From Macrostomum lignano (Eukaryota), in the NCBI GenBank assembly GCA_002269645.1, contig NIVC01004737.1, positions 1 through 36,512 of the forward strand: a stretch of DNA of 36,512 nt, given 5' to 3'. The first letter of the stretch is position 1. Every line of letters begins with the position of its first letter. Positions 11,661-24,446 of this stretch are shown piece after piece. The notes under the pieces are model-generated. The model searched no databases. It was given only the letters and a program-made list of their open reading frames with translations, and was not told the origin of the DNA. The position numbers and the translations under genes are program-made.

Positions 11661-12486
11661 ACCATGGCTTCAGGATGCACAGGGCTCACACAGGACGCAC
11701 AGTGCTCACACAAGATGCACATGCTCACACAGGATGCACAGGGCTCACACAAGATGCACATGCTCACACAAGTTGCACATGCTCACACAGGATGCACAGG
11801 GCTCACACAAGATGCACCGTGCTCACACAGGATGCACAGTGTTCACACAGGATGCACAGGGCTCACACAAGATGCACATGCTCACACAGGATGCACAGGG
11901 CTCACACAAGATGCACATGCTCACACAGGATTCACAGTGTTCACACAGGATGCACAGGGCTCACACAAGATGCACATGCTCACACAGGATTCACAGGGCT
12001 CACACAAGATGCACATGCTCACACAGGATTCACAGTGTTCACACAGGATGCACAGGGCTCACACAAGATGCACATGCTCACACAAGATGCACATGCTCAC
12101 ACAGGATTCACAGGGCTCACACAAGATGCACATGCTCACACAGGATTCACAGTGTTCACACAGGATGCACAGGGCTCACACAAGATGCACATGCTCACAC
12201 AGGATGCACAGGGCTCACACAGGATGCACATGCTCACACAGGATTCATAGGGCTCACACAAGATGCACATGCTCACACAGGATTCACAGTGTTCACACAG
12301 GATGCACAGGGCTCACACAAGATGCACATTCTTACACAGGATGCACAGTGTTCACACAGGATGCACAGGGCTCAGACAGGATGCACAGTGTTCACACAGG
12401 ATGCACAGGGCTCAGACAGGATGCGCAGGGCTCACACGATGCACAGGGCTCACACAGGATGCACAGTGTACACACAGGATGCGCAG
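11661..12486. repeat. 19/20-bp compound minisatellite (~42 units) in PI4K2 intron 1
   Basis: Interleaved units GCTCACACAGGATGCACAGG, GCTCACACAAGATGCACAT and GTTCACACAGGATGCACAGG. Confidence 0.95.
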
Positions 12487-12506
12487 ACCAAACATCGCAT
12501 ATTTAC

Positions 12507-12905
12507 CCCGGAACTATCGCGGACAAAGTAGCTTCCACTGCTGCCCTGATAAATTCGCTCCGGATTAACGCCCAGCTCAATCGCTCGCAGAGTCTCCCGG
12601 ATTAGGGCGGCGAATTCAGCGTCGTCGGCATAGTGACTGCAGCCGGTCAGGTCAACTTCGCCTTCGGTCTCCGAGGCGGCGCTCTCTTGAGCCTGCAGCA
12701 GCGGCGTGTTCTCTCTGTGCCGCTGGGGCGGCTGCTGCTGTTGCTGTTGTACAGCGCCAGCGGAAGCCGCTGCCGTCTGCCGAGGACTCATCGGCACGCC
12801 GGCAGACGGTTCGGATAGCTGTTCTATGGAATTTAAAGTCTCGCTTTTGACTGGAGAGGCGGCTTCAGCTGTTGGCTGTTGCTCATCTGTGCTGTCAGTT
12901 TGCAT
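12507..12905 (-). CDS. PI4K2: PI4K type II, exon 1 (full CDS 1479 bp, 492 aa)
   Basis: ATG at 12905, low-complexity N-terminus with polyQ, ETPLL-like ENTPLL, then P-loop [22 protein letters not shown] donor. Confidence 0.93.
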
Positions 12906-13664
12906 GTTTATTGCTTGAGCAGGTCAAGTACTGGAAAGATCAGCAGTGTTTTATAAATTAATTTTGCTAACAATGCTTCGAATAACATAATTGAATGTTT
13001 ACCAAACTTAGCATGGAGATATGGATACAGTTTACAGCTCGAAGGTCTAAGTATTTCCTACTAAGCTATGGCAGCAAGAATTGTAAAATTTTTGTCAAAC
13101 CTAAACTTAAACAGAAAACTAAAAATAGTTAAGCCAATATTGACAGGAATGACTGCAATAACAGTTCCTGCATGAAAAGAAGCACACGAATCTAGAGAAG
13201 AGAGAGGAGATTATGTACTGAGTATGTTAGCTTTTGTACTCTTAACTATGAATGGAATTGTGAACAAATAAGTTTGGTTTTCAAGCTACTGCCAAAAACT
13301 ACTATATACATGTATTAACTTTTAGTCTAATGAAGGGCCCATTAGTAGTTTTTGGCATTGTAAAATTTTGGTCTTATGAAAGTAACCATCTGTATCCATT
13401 TCCATAGATAAATAAAGTCCCATAATTTCTCATAAATGTTAACAATGCAAAATACAATGGCAACAATTCTTCATAATGCTGTTACCACTATAATATTGTA
13501 ATGAAATAAGGAATTACAACAAAATAGTTCAATCTATCATTCACACTTAAAGGTTTCATTTATTGTACAAAAAGAGTAGTTACGGCTGCATTCATCTTAA
13601 CTTTAGACCTTACTATCCCAATACTACTTAGGCTAATACTACTAGATATGCATATTGTCTAGAT

Positions 13665-13838
13665 CAGTGGTTTTCAACCTGTGGGTTGCATGACCATTTT
13701 CTAGGGGTTGCAGCACTAAGAAATAATAAACAAAAAACTTAATGATGCATTATATTGATTATAAAAGGGGTTGCAAGCATTAAAAAAATATGCAAGTGAA
13801 TAAATTAATGCTGCCTGAAAAAAGGTTGAGAACTGCTA
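13665..13838. mobile_element. hAT (Charlie-like) MITE, 174 bp, 8-bp TSD
   Basis: TIRs CAGTGGTTTTCAACCT / AGGTTGAGAACTGCTA. GTCTAGAT duplicated at 13657-13664 and 13839-13846 (Charlie-type NTCTAGAN target). Confidence 0.85.
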
Positions 13839-15775
13839 GTCTAGATAGGATAATGGAAGCTAAAGTTTATTTTCAACTTTAAAACAAGCAAGGGAAGCTC
13901 TTAAGTCTTTAGCAAGAGATTTTCTATACTATATGCACATTTTGTGGTTAGGATAATAAGGTTTAAAGTTAAGTTGAAAATCCCTATCACTATAGTTCCT
14001 AGCCTTAAGAACTTGAGAGTTCCTTTACAATAGCTTTGAAAAAGGCAACATTCATTTCTACTATTCTACCCATCTTGTACCTATTAAAGTAAGGGCTCTA
14101 ATGATATTTTTAAGTCTAAGTCATATTAAGTAGCCAATACTACTAGATATAAGAATTAGATATGAGAAATATGCATTTTTATAACTAAATCAATATTTAT
14201 ATTGTTTAAAAACTTATGTATCTATATCTAGACATAGTTCTAGCTAATACTAGTCTAATAGTATCCTTTAATACTAATATATACATATACATCTTTATGA
14301 TTTATAATTGATAATTTATGCAACTAGTTATATATTGTTTATTTATATATATATAATGTAAAAATATTTTTTCTTTTCAGTTTATAGAGTCATCTAAACA
14401 ATTTATGATTTAGAAAATAATAAATAATAAGAAAAAAACTGACACTAGTGACTAGAAGTAATATAAAGTAAGAAGCAACTTATATATTTGGTTAAATAGA
14501 AACTTCTTACAGTTTCCAAAGTTGAGTTTATAGAAGTATCTGGAAGCTTCTAGAAGGTTTTATGTTCAGGGGTAGGCTTATATAAAGGCCATTGACTGAT
14601 GCAGAGCAACCCAAACTCAAGTTTCAGCTATAGTACTACAAAATACTATGCTATATGTTACCATCCAAGCCTTAAATCTAACTGTCTTCTTTATGACTTT
14701 AAAGTGGGTCTCAACACTGCTGAATCAAGTTTTATGGCGCACAACAATGGCTTAGCAGAAATTTTTGACACACTGTGGCGCATAGCAAAAGCTGATCAGA
14801 AAAATTTTGCTCATAATGAGTTATCTAAATATATAATCTGCATAAGCAGTGCATAAAATATGGTTTTCGATTACATTTTTCCAAGTATATCAATTAAAAA
14901 ATTGTTTCTTGGTAAATAAATTAATAAAACAAAAGAAAAAAATCCAAAATAGGATTTTACTATAAAGTTTAAGCTGATTCTTTTGATATTTTCTATACAA
15001 GCAAAAATAAAGCACAAAGTTTTGAGTTGAAAAAGCCTAAAAAGGTACAAAAATTTATGAGTTTTTTCTTTTGTTTTAATTGGACTTTTATCAAGTTTTT
15101 TAGTACTATAGCACATTAGTACTCTAGCTATATATTTGTCACTAAATGAATATAGGCCTTGGCATACAAATTCATATTTTAGCTTTGCACATAGTGTATA
15201 CTCAAAAAATATACTGAAATATTCCTGCATACATGGGACACTTTCCTGAGTATGGGTTTTGATGTATAATAAAATATGAAAATTATTGTTACAACATAGG
15301 TTAACTTACAATAATAAGAAAAATGGAAAGCTTGCATGCATGGCAGCTGTCCACTTAGTGCTTAAATTGTGTGTACAGCAGCTGCATCTTTAATTTATCT
15401 TATAGGCCTTAGTATATCATATTGTTCTAATTATTAGAAATTATTATATGCATTAATAAAAATATTATATATAGAATAAACAAGTAATAAATTATTAAAT
15501 AAGTTCTGTGAATAGCAATTTGCAGATTTAAGAGAAAGGGTACTATTTGGTATTCATTATATTGCCTCTCTGTTGGCTGCTATGCATGCAATTAAAATAC
15601 TAGATAGACAGCTGCCATATATACAATTTAAACACTATATAAATAGCTAGCTACTATGCATGTAATTTAAACACTAGGACTTTGTGAATGGCTGCCATGT
15701 ACAATGTAGTACGCAATGCAAGCAGTAAGCTTTCTATAAGAAAAATTATATTTACAATGCCTACAATTCTAAAAA

Positions 15776-16141
15776 CGAAGAGCTTGCGTGCACGGCGGTT
15801 GGCGGCTATCTACCTAGTGCTTTATTTGCATGTATGCAGCCGTACACCTAGTGTTGTAATTGCGTGCACGGCAGCCGGCAATTGGCCAGGACTGGGGCCC
15901 TTAAATCCACGCATTGGCATTGGCAAACCTAATTAAAAAATATTTTTACTATATTGTTTTATAATGTTTTATCCCCCGTACACCATGGACTGCAAATGTA
16001 ATCTTAATTCATTGTTTTTTTGTTAACTTGAATATTAATTCGAATAGTATATGACTTACTGTATAAGCCTATAAGATATAGCTCTGCCGTGCACGCAATT
16101 CTGAGCTTACGTGAACGGCGGCCGTGCACGCAAGCTCTTCA
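15776..16141. mobile_element. MULE-like MITE, 366 bp, 9-bp TSD
   Basis: Perfect 20-bp IR GAAGAGCTTGCGTGCACGGC (15777-15796 / 16121-16140). TTCTAAAAA at 15767-15775 and 16142-16150. Inner 17-bp IR 15858-15874 / 16084-16100. Confidence 0.78.
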
Positions 16142-16407
16142 TTCTAAAAATCATTTTCTAATGCTATAAGCCAACTTTTTGCTATTGCTAGGCCTAAAAT
16201 CTAGGCCTAACTAATTTAGGTTGTTTCAGCCTTTATAGGTTCAGCTTCATACTTAAATTTGCACCAATACCAAGGATTTGAATCAATGATTTGTTTGATA
16301 AAGATGTGGCAAATTTTACCCCACCCTGTGAGTTATCTATGGCCCAAACCCAAAAGGGCTGGTGTCTAATAATTTGCAAACGAAATAGCACTAGTGCCGC
16401 CTAAAAT

Positions 16408-16500
16408 CTATATCTATCTATCTATCTAGGCCTATCTATCTATCTATCTATCTAGGCCTATCTATCCATCTATTTATAGGCCCTAGGCCTATCTATAATC
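16408..16500. repeat. (TATC)n microsatellite interrupted by TAGGCC
   Basis: Direct reading. Confidence 0.8.
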
Positions 16501-18314
16501 TATATTGCTTTTGCTTTTTAACTAAGACTATGGTGACTATATATGAACCAAATACTAAGCCCTATGCACATATTTTAGTGAAGTTTTAACTCTGTATTTT
16601 ATAGGGCTAGGCATAAACTAAAAAATTCACATGGTCGGATGGTCCCAAAAGTATAAAAATTGACTTATGAATTTAATTGCAGAATTTTAGCAAACTATTA
16701 ATGATCCTGCTGGACCCCGACAAGAAAAGTCCAGGAATTCATCGACGTCCTTATATAGGACCGATTTACAAATTACATATCAGCAGGACTTAATTTTAAG
16801 GAAATTAAGCAAAGTTTTCCAGGCTAATTTATCGAACATCAATCATTAAGGCAAGCCGACCTGGAGTGGATTTCTATGAAAAACACTCGGATATTATAAC
16901 AAAAGTAAATAACTTTTCGTCAAGTTCGGTAAGTTTTGTATTACAAACAGGGTATATGAAGGTAGTAGCAAAGAATACTGTTCAAGCAGTCCAGACACTT
17001 TATCGAACCACGACGACTCAATTATTGGCTTTGGATTTTTCCGCACTGATTATTTAGCGTTGGTATATATGTATCTCGGCTTATGGTACTTGAAGTAATT
17101 ATCAAATATTTCGTTTTATTTGAAACTTCCGTGTGACCATATTTTAATTACTGACCTATTATACTCATATTTCTAAGTGTATTTCAATTTTGCTATCTAT
17201 TTTCTCTAAAACACGTCCAGAATTTGACGTCAATCGTCAGCTTAAGTGTGTTCGGGATCCAATTCCAATTGGAAGTTTTAGTCAAATAATAAACATACCT
17301 GCTCGTTTTAACTGTTAATAAGTATTGCAGTACTAGATAAATTAACATAGCATAGCCAGAATCAAACTTTTTACTCCGGGGGGGGGGGTTGAATCGGCCT
17401 GTTGCCGGATTGACTGGATTGGCCAACTGTTGGCCATCAAGGGGTTGGAAGATTCACCCTAAATAACTAATTGTAAGGTTGGAGTATTTTTTTGTAAAAA
17501 ATAAACAAGACGGTCAGGTTGGTAAGAAATTTTACCAAATCAATAAATTTACCTGGTTGTCAAATAGTTTTTAAAATGGAGGTTCGTGAAAGAGGAATTT
17601 TTATTACTCGCATTTGTTCGATATATATGCCGAGTGAAAAATTATTTATCTTATATCGTAAAGATTAAAAAATCACATAAACAGTAGCTATGTACAATAC
17701 TTGAGAGCAAAACCTGTTACCTGACGCCGGGAATTACATTTCCTAGCACAAATTTAGCAGCAATTAATAGTTTTAAAAAGGTGGAAAAACAGCTAAAGAA
17801 ATAAATATTACTCGTACTTGATTTCAGTGGCCATAACAATACTTAGGAAAGGCATCGAGTAGATGATATGAGCAGCTAGAGAGCATTAAGGCTTTCAGTA
17901 GTTAGCTTACAAAATAAATTAATTTGGTAAGCACTACAATAAATTTCGACGCTATATACACGACAGGAATCAGACAGTTGATGCGCATCGGCAAGCACAG
18001 AAGCCTATTAAAAACTTACACGCGAAATTTGATAAATTTACGATAAGCAAAGGGACTCAACTGCAATAAAAAGCTCGCCATTCAAGAACGACATAAAAAA
18101 GAAAGCGTCGTTCGCATAGCAGACAGACAGGCAATATGAGACGAAAAATCTGTACCAGAAAATTAGTACACCTCAGTAACGATCATAAGAAGATAATCTT
18201 TAATTGAGTAAATCCATTCTTTATTTAACTGCGATGCAAGTGTGTATTGTTTCCTAGAAAACCCTGAAGGCAACCATTTTCTATATAGAATACAAGTCAG
18301 CTGTCGCTCCCAAA

Positions 18315-18578
18315 GTGTCTGCTAGTGTTCAGTGTCTGCTAGTGTTCAGTGTCTGCTAGTGTTCAGTGTCTGCTAGTGTTCAGTGTCTGCTAGTGTTCAG
18401 TATCTGCTAGTGTTCAGTGTCTGCTAGTGTTCAGTGTCTGCTAGTGTTCAGTGTCTGCTAGTGTTCAGTGTCTGCTAGTGTTCAGTGTCTGCTAGTGTTC
18501 AGTGTCTGCTAGTGTTCAGTGTCTGCTAGTGTTCAGTGTCTGCTAGTGTTCAGTGTCTGCTAGTGTTCAGTGTCTGCT
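18315..18578. repeat. 17-bp near-perfect minisatellite (15.5 copies), intergenic
   Basis: Unit GTGTCTGCTAGTGTTCA; a single variant copy near 18400. Confidence 0.97.
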
Positions 18579-19376
18579 CTAAAAGTGCCTGTTACCGAAG
18601 TGTCTGGCACACGCAATAGCAAGCTTGAAACGACTAAGCTATCCGCGCAACAAAAAAGTCCCAAAGTTTAAGCTGGACGCTACAGAGAACAAATTTACAT
18701 GTACATAGCAAATTTGCTATCTAAGAGAGTCACGCAATACGCTTTTGAAAAGAAATAGAAAATATGCACTATATATACTACTATACTAGATAGACGAAAA
18801 GGCTAGGTTGCGCATAAAGACTGAAAAAATAGTATAAGAAACTGTTTCGCTTAAATTTTGCGTATTACTTGTAATAACATCTATCGCAGTGCATATAGTT
18901 GTAGTTGAAACAAAGTTGTAAAAGGGATAAAAAAAATTGAAAAACAAGTACAAAGAGAATATTAAAATGTCGCTGTGAATGGTGTTTTGTTTAAATAATA
19001 ATATTAATAATAAATTGCATTGCGAGGGTGACGAATAAAAAACACACAGATCTAAAATATCATAGATTTGAGTATAGAAGCAATTACTAAGCGAGAAAGA
19101 TGCGCTCAAATTGATTAAGTAGCACCGGCTATAAAAAATCAAACCCACAGATTTTTTCAACTAATCCTGTTCATCAACGCATCACCAGAATTGTTCAGAC
19201 TTTAAGGAAGACCTGACATGTAGCTGAAAAAATTGTTGCTGGAACTCGTAAGCAGGTGTGATTTGTTTCACTGGGGACCCACTGGCAGTAAAATTAACAT
19301 AGGGCCCATGAAAAATCTAGAAGGGGTCACATGCGTGTCAGCTGACCTTCATGAAGAGAAAATGAAATCTACGTCT

Positions 19377-20038
19377 TCAAACCAGCTAATAGAATTCGTA
19401 TGGGGGGGGGTAAATCAGGGTTGAAGCGCAGCCGGACAGCTGATGTCTATGGCCAAAACCAGCTGATAGAATTCGTACAGGGGAAGGGGTTAAATCAGGT
19501 TGAAGCGCAGTCCTCCAGCTCAGGATGTCTATGGCCAAAACCAGCTGATAGAATTCGTACAGGGGAATAGGTTAAATCAGGTTGAAGCGCAGTCCTCCAG
19601 CTCAGGATGTCTATGGCCAAAACCAGCTGATAGAATTCGTACAGGGGAAGGGGTTAAATCAGGTTGAAGCGCAGTCCTCCAGCTCAGGATGTCTATGGCC
19701 AAAACCAGATGATATAATTCGTACAGGGGAATGGGTTAAAGCAGGTTGAAGCGCAGTCCTTCAGCTCAGGATGTCTATGGCCAAAACCAGCTGATAGAAT
19801 TCGTACAGGGGAATGGGTTAAATCAGGTTGAAGCGCAGTCCTCCAGCTCAGGATGTCTATGGCCAAAACCAGATGATATAATTCGTACAGGGGAATGGGT
19901 TAAAGCAGGTTGAAGCGCAGTCCGTCAGCTGAGGATGTCTATGGCCAAAAAAGCTAATAGAACTCGATCAGGGGGGGGGGGGGGGTGGGCAATGCAGGTT
20001 GAAGCGCGGCGCCGGTCAGCTGAGGATGTCTATGGCCA
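19377..20038. repeat. 82-bp tandem repeat (~8 copies) just 3' of the DUF389 stop codon
   Basis: GTCTATGGCC anchors at 19445, 19527, 19609, 19691, 19773, 19855, 19937 (82-bp period) and 20028. Confidence 0.95.
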
Positions 20039-20119
20039 ATTAGTTAGGTTATTTTTTAGAACACAAATTCACTTTTTAAGCACTTAGCTAAGCTAAACTG
20101 ATCATTCCTGTCGATAAAT

Positions 20120-20768
20120 TTAAACCGCAGAGGTGGTCGGCTTCACCGAAAATCGGCCGTGCTTTTTACCCGTAGGCGACGCCGGATCAACCAGATCTAG
20201 CGAAATTGAAGCGCCGCTCGAGGAAGCTCCGCTAGGTTCTTGCTGCAGTTGGAACGGGCGCAGCTTAGCTGAAGGCGCCGAATTAGCAGCGGCGCCGCGA
20301 GCCTCGACGCTGGCCAGATTGCGCCGCTGCCGTACGCTGAGTGTCCGAGCAAAACGCTTTGCACTGGAGGGATCCACGGCTAGCGGGTCGGCATTGCTAT
20401 TGGCGCAGATGGTCCGATAATTTGTGTCAGACATCACGCCGCCAAGTGTTTCGGTGAACTTTTCTACGATGTTTTCGCCGCTAATAACTTTACGAAATGC
20501 GGCGTACTCCGACTGTAGTTGGGTGCGCGAATCGCCGTGCAGGCAGTCGTCATTCTCGCGGGCGAAGCGAATGTCGTGGCTGAAAAATTCGCGATTTGCG
20601 TCGCTTCGCTCCGTCCTGTCAGGGGCGACCTCCTTCAGGGCTAGCCAGAAGTAGCTGCACAGCACGATCAGGATGATGTTCAGCAGGCACAGGACCATAC
20701 TCTGGGCGCTCATGATCAGCAATTCGGAGGTGACACTGCACACGTACACTGGCGCAAACTCGAACTGG
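20120..20768 (-). CDS. DUF389 family membrane protein, exon 6 (terminal)
   Basis: CCCCTTCCGCAG acceptor, phase 2. QFEFAPVYVCSVTSELLIM...LCLLNIILIVLCSYFWLALKEVAP...FFSHDIRFARE (last TM plus KEVAP and DIRxAR motifs of animal DUF389 proteins, from memory). Confidence 0.85.
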
Positions 20769-20886
20769 CTGCGGAAGGGGGGAGGGGCTCTGGTGCTGTT
20801 GGGGAAAAAACTGACAGCTGAATGGGTAAGGAATGCAGCTTTGATCGATTGATCGATTGATTGGATGGATTCCTTATTAGTATCCC

Positions 20887-21530
20887 CTCCGATCCTTAAG
20901 TGCCCGCCTGACCTTCCAATTATTCAGTGCCCCTGACCCTCCGATCCTTCAGTGGCCGCCTAAACCTCAGATCCTTCAGTGCCCGCCTGATCCTCCGATC
21001 CTTCAGTGCCCGCCTGATCCTCCGATCCTTCAGTGCCCGCCTGATCCTCCGATCCTTCAGTGCCCGCCTGATCCTCCGATCCTTCAGTGCCCGCCTGATC
21101 CTCCGGTCCTTCAGTGCCCGCCTAAACCTCCGATCCTTCAGTGCCCGCCTCACCCTCCGACCCTTCAGTGCCCGCCTAAACCTCCGATCCTTCAGTGCCC
21201 GCCTAAACCTCCGATCCTTCAGTGCCCGCCTAAAACTTCGATCCTTCAATGCCAGCCTGACCCTCCGATCATTCAGTGCCCGCCTCACCCTCCGACCCTT
21301 CAGTGCCCGCCTAATTAAAACCCCAGATCCTTCAGTGCCCGCCTAACTACAACCCCAGATCCTTCAGTGCCCGCCTAACTAAAACCCCAGATTCTTCAGT
21401 GCCCGCCTAACTAAAACCCCAGATCCTTCAGTGCCGGCCTAACTACAACCTCAGATCCTTCAGTGCCCGCCTAACTACAACCCCAGATCCTTCAGTGCCC
21501 GCCTAACCCTCCGAACTCTCCTCAGTGCCC
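20887..21530. repeat. 27-bp (32-bp variant) minisatellite, ~23 copies, DUF389 intron 5
   Basis: Unit CTCCGATCCTTCAGTGCCCGCCTGATC; ends 11 bp from the donor at 21541. Confidence 0.95.
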
Positions 21531-21541
21531 CAGCGGCTCAC

Positions 21542-22038
21542 TCAAAGTGCCGATAGACACAGTCGGGCGGATTAAGCGAGCCAGCAGACGTGGCATTCGC
21601 AGCGGCCGCAGCTGCGGGACTAACAAGAGTCGGCGGCCGGAAGGCGGCCATCAGACAGTAGGCCAGCAGCATGCCGGAGTTGACAACGGGCGGCAGCAGG
21701 CTGGCCGAGATGGCCACGCCGACATTGGCGGAATGGTCGCCCTGCAGCACGGAGACGGAGACGCCATAGGCCGAAGCCGAGGCCACGATAATGCCGAACA
21801 AGAGGCTGGCGTGCTGGCCCCTGTCAGTCATCTCTTGAGTTGGAAAAGCTTTAACGCCTAGCAACAACAGGGGTCCGATAAGCACGAATAGCATGACGAA
21901 CCCGGTTAGAAAGATGATGCCTGTGGCTAGCAGTGTGTTGTAGGCGCACCTTAGCACGGCTTTGACGCGGCCAAGACGCCAACTGAAGGTCAGCGCCAGA
22001 ATTGGACCCATGTAAGGCGACAGGAGCATGCTGGCTAC
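21542..22038 (-). CDS. DUF389 family membrane protein, exon 5
   Basis: VASMLLSPYMGPILA...EMTDRG...VGVAISASLLPPVVNSG, the diagnostic DUF389 motifs. CCATCCAG acceptor, GA/GTGAGC donor. Confidence 0.92.
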
Positions 22039-22228
22039 CTGGATGGGGGTTTAATGAAGCATTGTCTAAGTTGTTCGCTGCGAGGCTTTGAATTTTCTAT
22101 TAGATTGGCGTTGAAATTTTAGTCAGTTGACTAGCAATCAGCGCCCCAGTTGGGGAGGCAACAAAGAATAGAATATATATTTTTGAATAAACTAAATGTA
22201 GCTTCTGACCGCACAGCCTTGACAGCTA

Positions 22229-22499
22229 AGCTTTGACACCTCAGCAACTCCCCAGTCAGCTTTGACATCTCAGCAACTCCCCAGTCAGCTTTGACATCTC
22301 AGCAACTCCCCAGTCAGCTTTGACATCTCAGCAACTCCCCAGTCAGCTTTGACATCTCAGCAACTCCCCAGTCAGCTTTGACATCTCAGCAACTCCTCCC
22401 GTAAGCTTTGACATCTCAGCAACTCCTCTCGTAAGCTTTGACATCTCAGCAACTCCTCTCGTAAGCTTTGACATCTCAGCAACTCATCCCCCATAAGCT
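22229..22499. repeat. 29/30-bp tandem repeat (~9 copies), DUF389 intron 4
   Basis: Unit AGCTTTGACATCTCAGCAACTCCCCAGTC grading to ...CTCCTCTCGTA. Confidence 0.93.
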
Positions 22500-23759
22500 G
22501 TGTCTTCTCAGGAAATTTAGTTTCTTGATTTCAGCCCTCACTCAATTCAATTCAATACTATTGATAGTACGGATTTTTTTTTCCCAGATAAATCCCATGC
22601 GGTTCTAGATCCTAGCAATTCTCATCTGAAAATCGGAAAAGCTCCGATTTGGTAATATTTGATATAGATCCCAAAAAATCCCATTCGATTCCAGATCTCA
22701 AAAACCATATTTTGATATGCTCAAAAAGCATGAATAAATCCGACTATGCACTGACCGAATAAACTTCAGCAATATAATTATTAATTATAATATACATCTA
22801 TAATATCAATCAGTTGAAACATTTCTTAGTCAGAAAAGATCGAGAAAAAAGTACGAGTAGAAAAAATATCTTTTGTTCGAATGCTCCGCTTTAAAGACAA
22901 AGACAATTTAAACAAAGAATTATAAAGGCGCTCTCCTGACGAGCTTAAATACTAGGAGACTAACGATAAATACCTTCATGCTTTTAAAGCATAGCAGCAG
23001 GAACAGATAGCTTTAGCAAAAGATAATCGTTTATGAGTATTTAGTAAGCATTGACCAGCCGAACCTTTAGCATCAGTCAGCAGCAAGTAGTATGATGCGC
23101 TAAAATAGTTACGACTCTGGGGCCGTACATTCGTATCTGAGGCTTGCAATAGAATCGCTGTAGAATCACTGAGTTGCATCTAGAGCGCATCTCAAACAAC
23201 TCTATTTAGACTACTTGAGTTAGTAGTAAGTTAAGCTTTAAAGAGACTTCTCCGTGCCTCTTACGTTTTCAACGGGCAGTATGGGGTCCATAAAAGCACT
23301 CCACGACATAGATTAAGGTTAAAAAAACAAAACTCGAAATGCAAATTTGATCTGTGATATTTTTTACAACACGCAGTAAAATGAGACAGGAAAATGTGAA
23401 CTTTCTGATTGGTGAAATTGGCTGAAATCATAAAATCAGCTTTGAGCTATCCAGCATGCAGATTGCAGTGCATTAATATTAATTAATATACTCAAAATAA
23501 CAACAACAAATAAGAAAACAACCGCAGGCAACTCAGCCATTTAAACTGAGCCTAAGAAGGGACGAGACGGTCTTACATGTACACAGCGCAGGCTTGCATC
23601 ATCCTTTTGTTACTCGTTTCGTTCCTACTAGAAGATTCGTTCCTACTGCCAACTGTAGAGTTTTAAAAGAGATTGCAAAAACAAGAAAAATATGGCATAT
23701 TAATTGTCTTGGCGTTTTTTGTTTGCTTGCTTCTTATTCTTAACTATTGTAAGTCCCTA

Positions 23760-24060
23760 ATAATAAATAATAATTGATTACACCTGCCCTAATGGGCAGA
23801 TGTGCAACCGACAGCTCAGCCGCAGCTATTGCGCGGCGCATCTGAAGGCTGCGTACGGCTGTTCAGTCAAGGACGGGTCGCCACACACCCTCAATTACCC
23901 CAGCTAATGCTGGCACCCATTTTACAGCTGGGTGAACTGAAGCAATGCAGAGTTAAGTGTCTTGCTCAAGGACACAAATTGTTCCGAGTGGGTCAAGAAT
24001 CGAACCCCCGACTTTTCAGTCGTGATTCCGACGCTCTAACCACTAGGCTAAAACCCCCTG
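23760..24060 (-). mobile_element. tRNA-derived CORE-SINE
   Basis: A box TAGCCTAGTGG, B box GGTTCGATTC. CORE-like GTGTCCTTGAGCAAGACACTTAAC...CAGCTGTAAAATGGG. AT-rich tail. Candidate TSD AAGTCCCT at 23751-23758 / 24064-24071. Confidence 0.85.
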
Positions 24061-24446
24061 TTCAAGTCCCTGTAAGTCCATAAGACAACAATGACTATCT
24101 CCACACAAATATAAATATGAAAATACCTACTAAGCAATAACTATGTGATTTTTCTCATTTGAAAGTGAGCTAGGAATAGGTGTGTAATAAAGAATGGCAC
24201 ATAAATACAGTTAGCACATACATAATGTTTTACTCCCAGTCCCACTGAGCTACAATAGATTCTACAAAGACCAGAAAGTATTTATAAGGCCGATCAATGT
24301 ACAGTTTAATATAACAAACACAATTATACCAGAGGTGTACAGTTAACTTTAAATAGGATGGAAAGGATGAAAACTAATTAAGCCACGCACACGGCAGGTT
24401 ACCATGGCAACGCATTAACAATAGCAGCAATTAATTTAGTACTGAC

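Noticed and set aside
11649-12605. His/Thr/Cys-rich ORFs (318, 265, 191 aa)
   Set aside because: Translation of the 19/20-bp repeat, antisense within PI4K2 intron 1.
14500-14870. 85-aa plus ORF and a stop-riddled minus frame (FSSVETHFKVIKK), vaguely transposase-like
   Set aside because: Resemblance too weak to call by eye; would need a TFASTY/HMM search against transposases.
20920-21346. RRALKDRR and LILRSFSAR repeat proteins
   Set aside because: A 27-bp unit is 9 codons, so frames stay open trivially; lies between defined splice sites.
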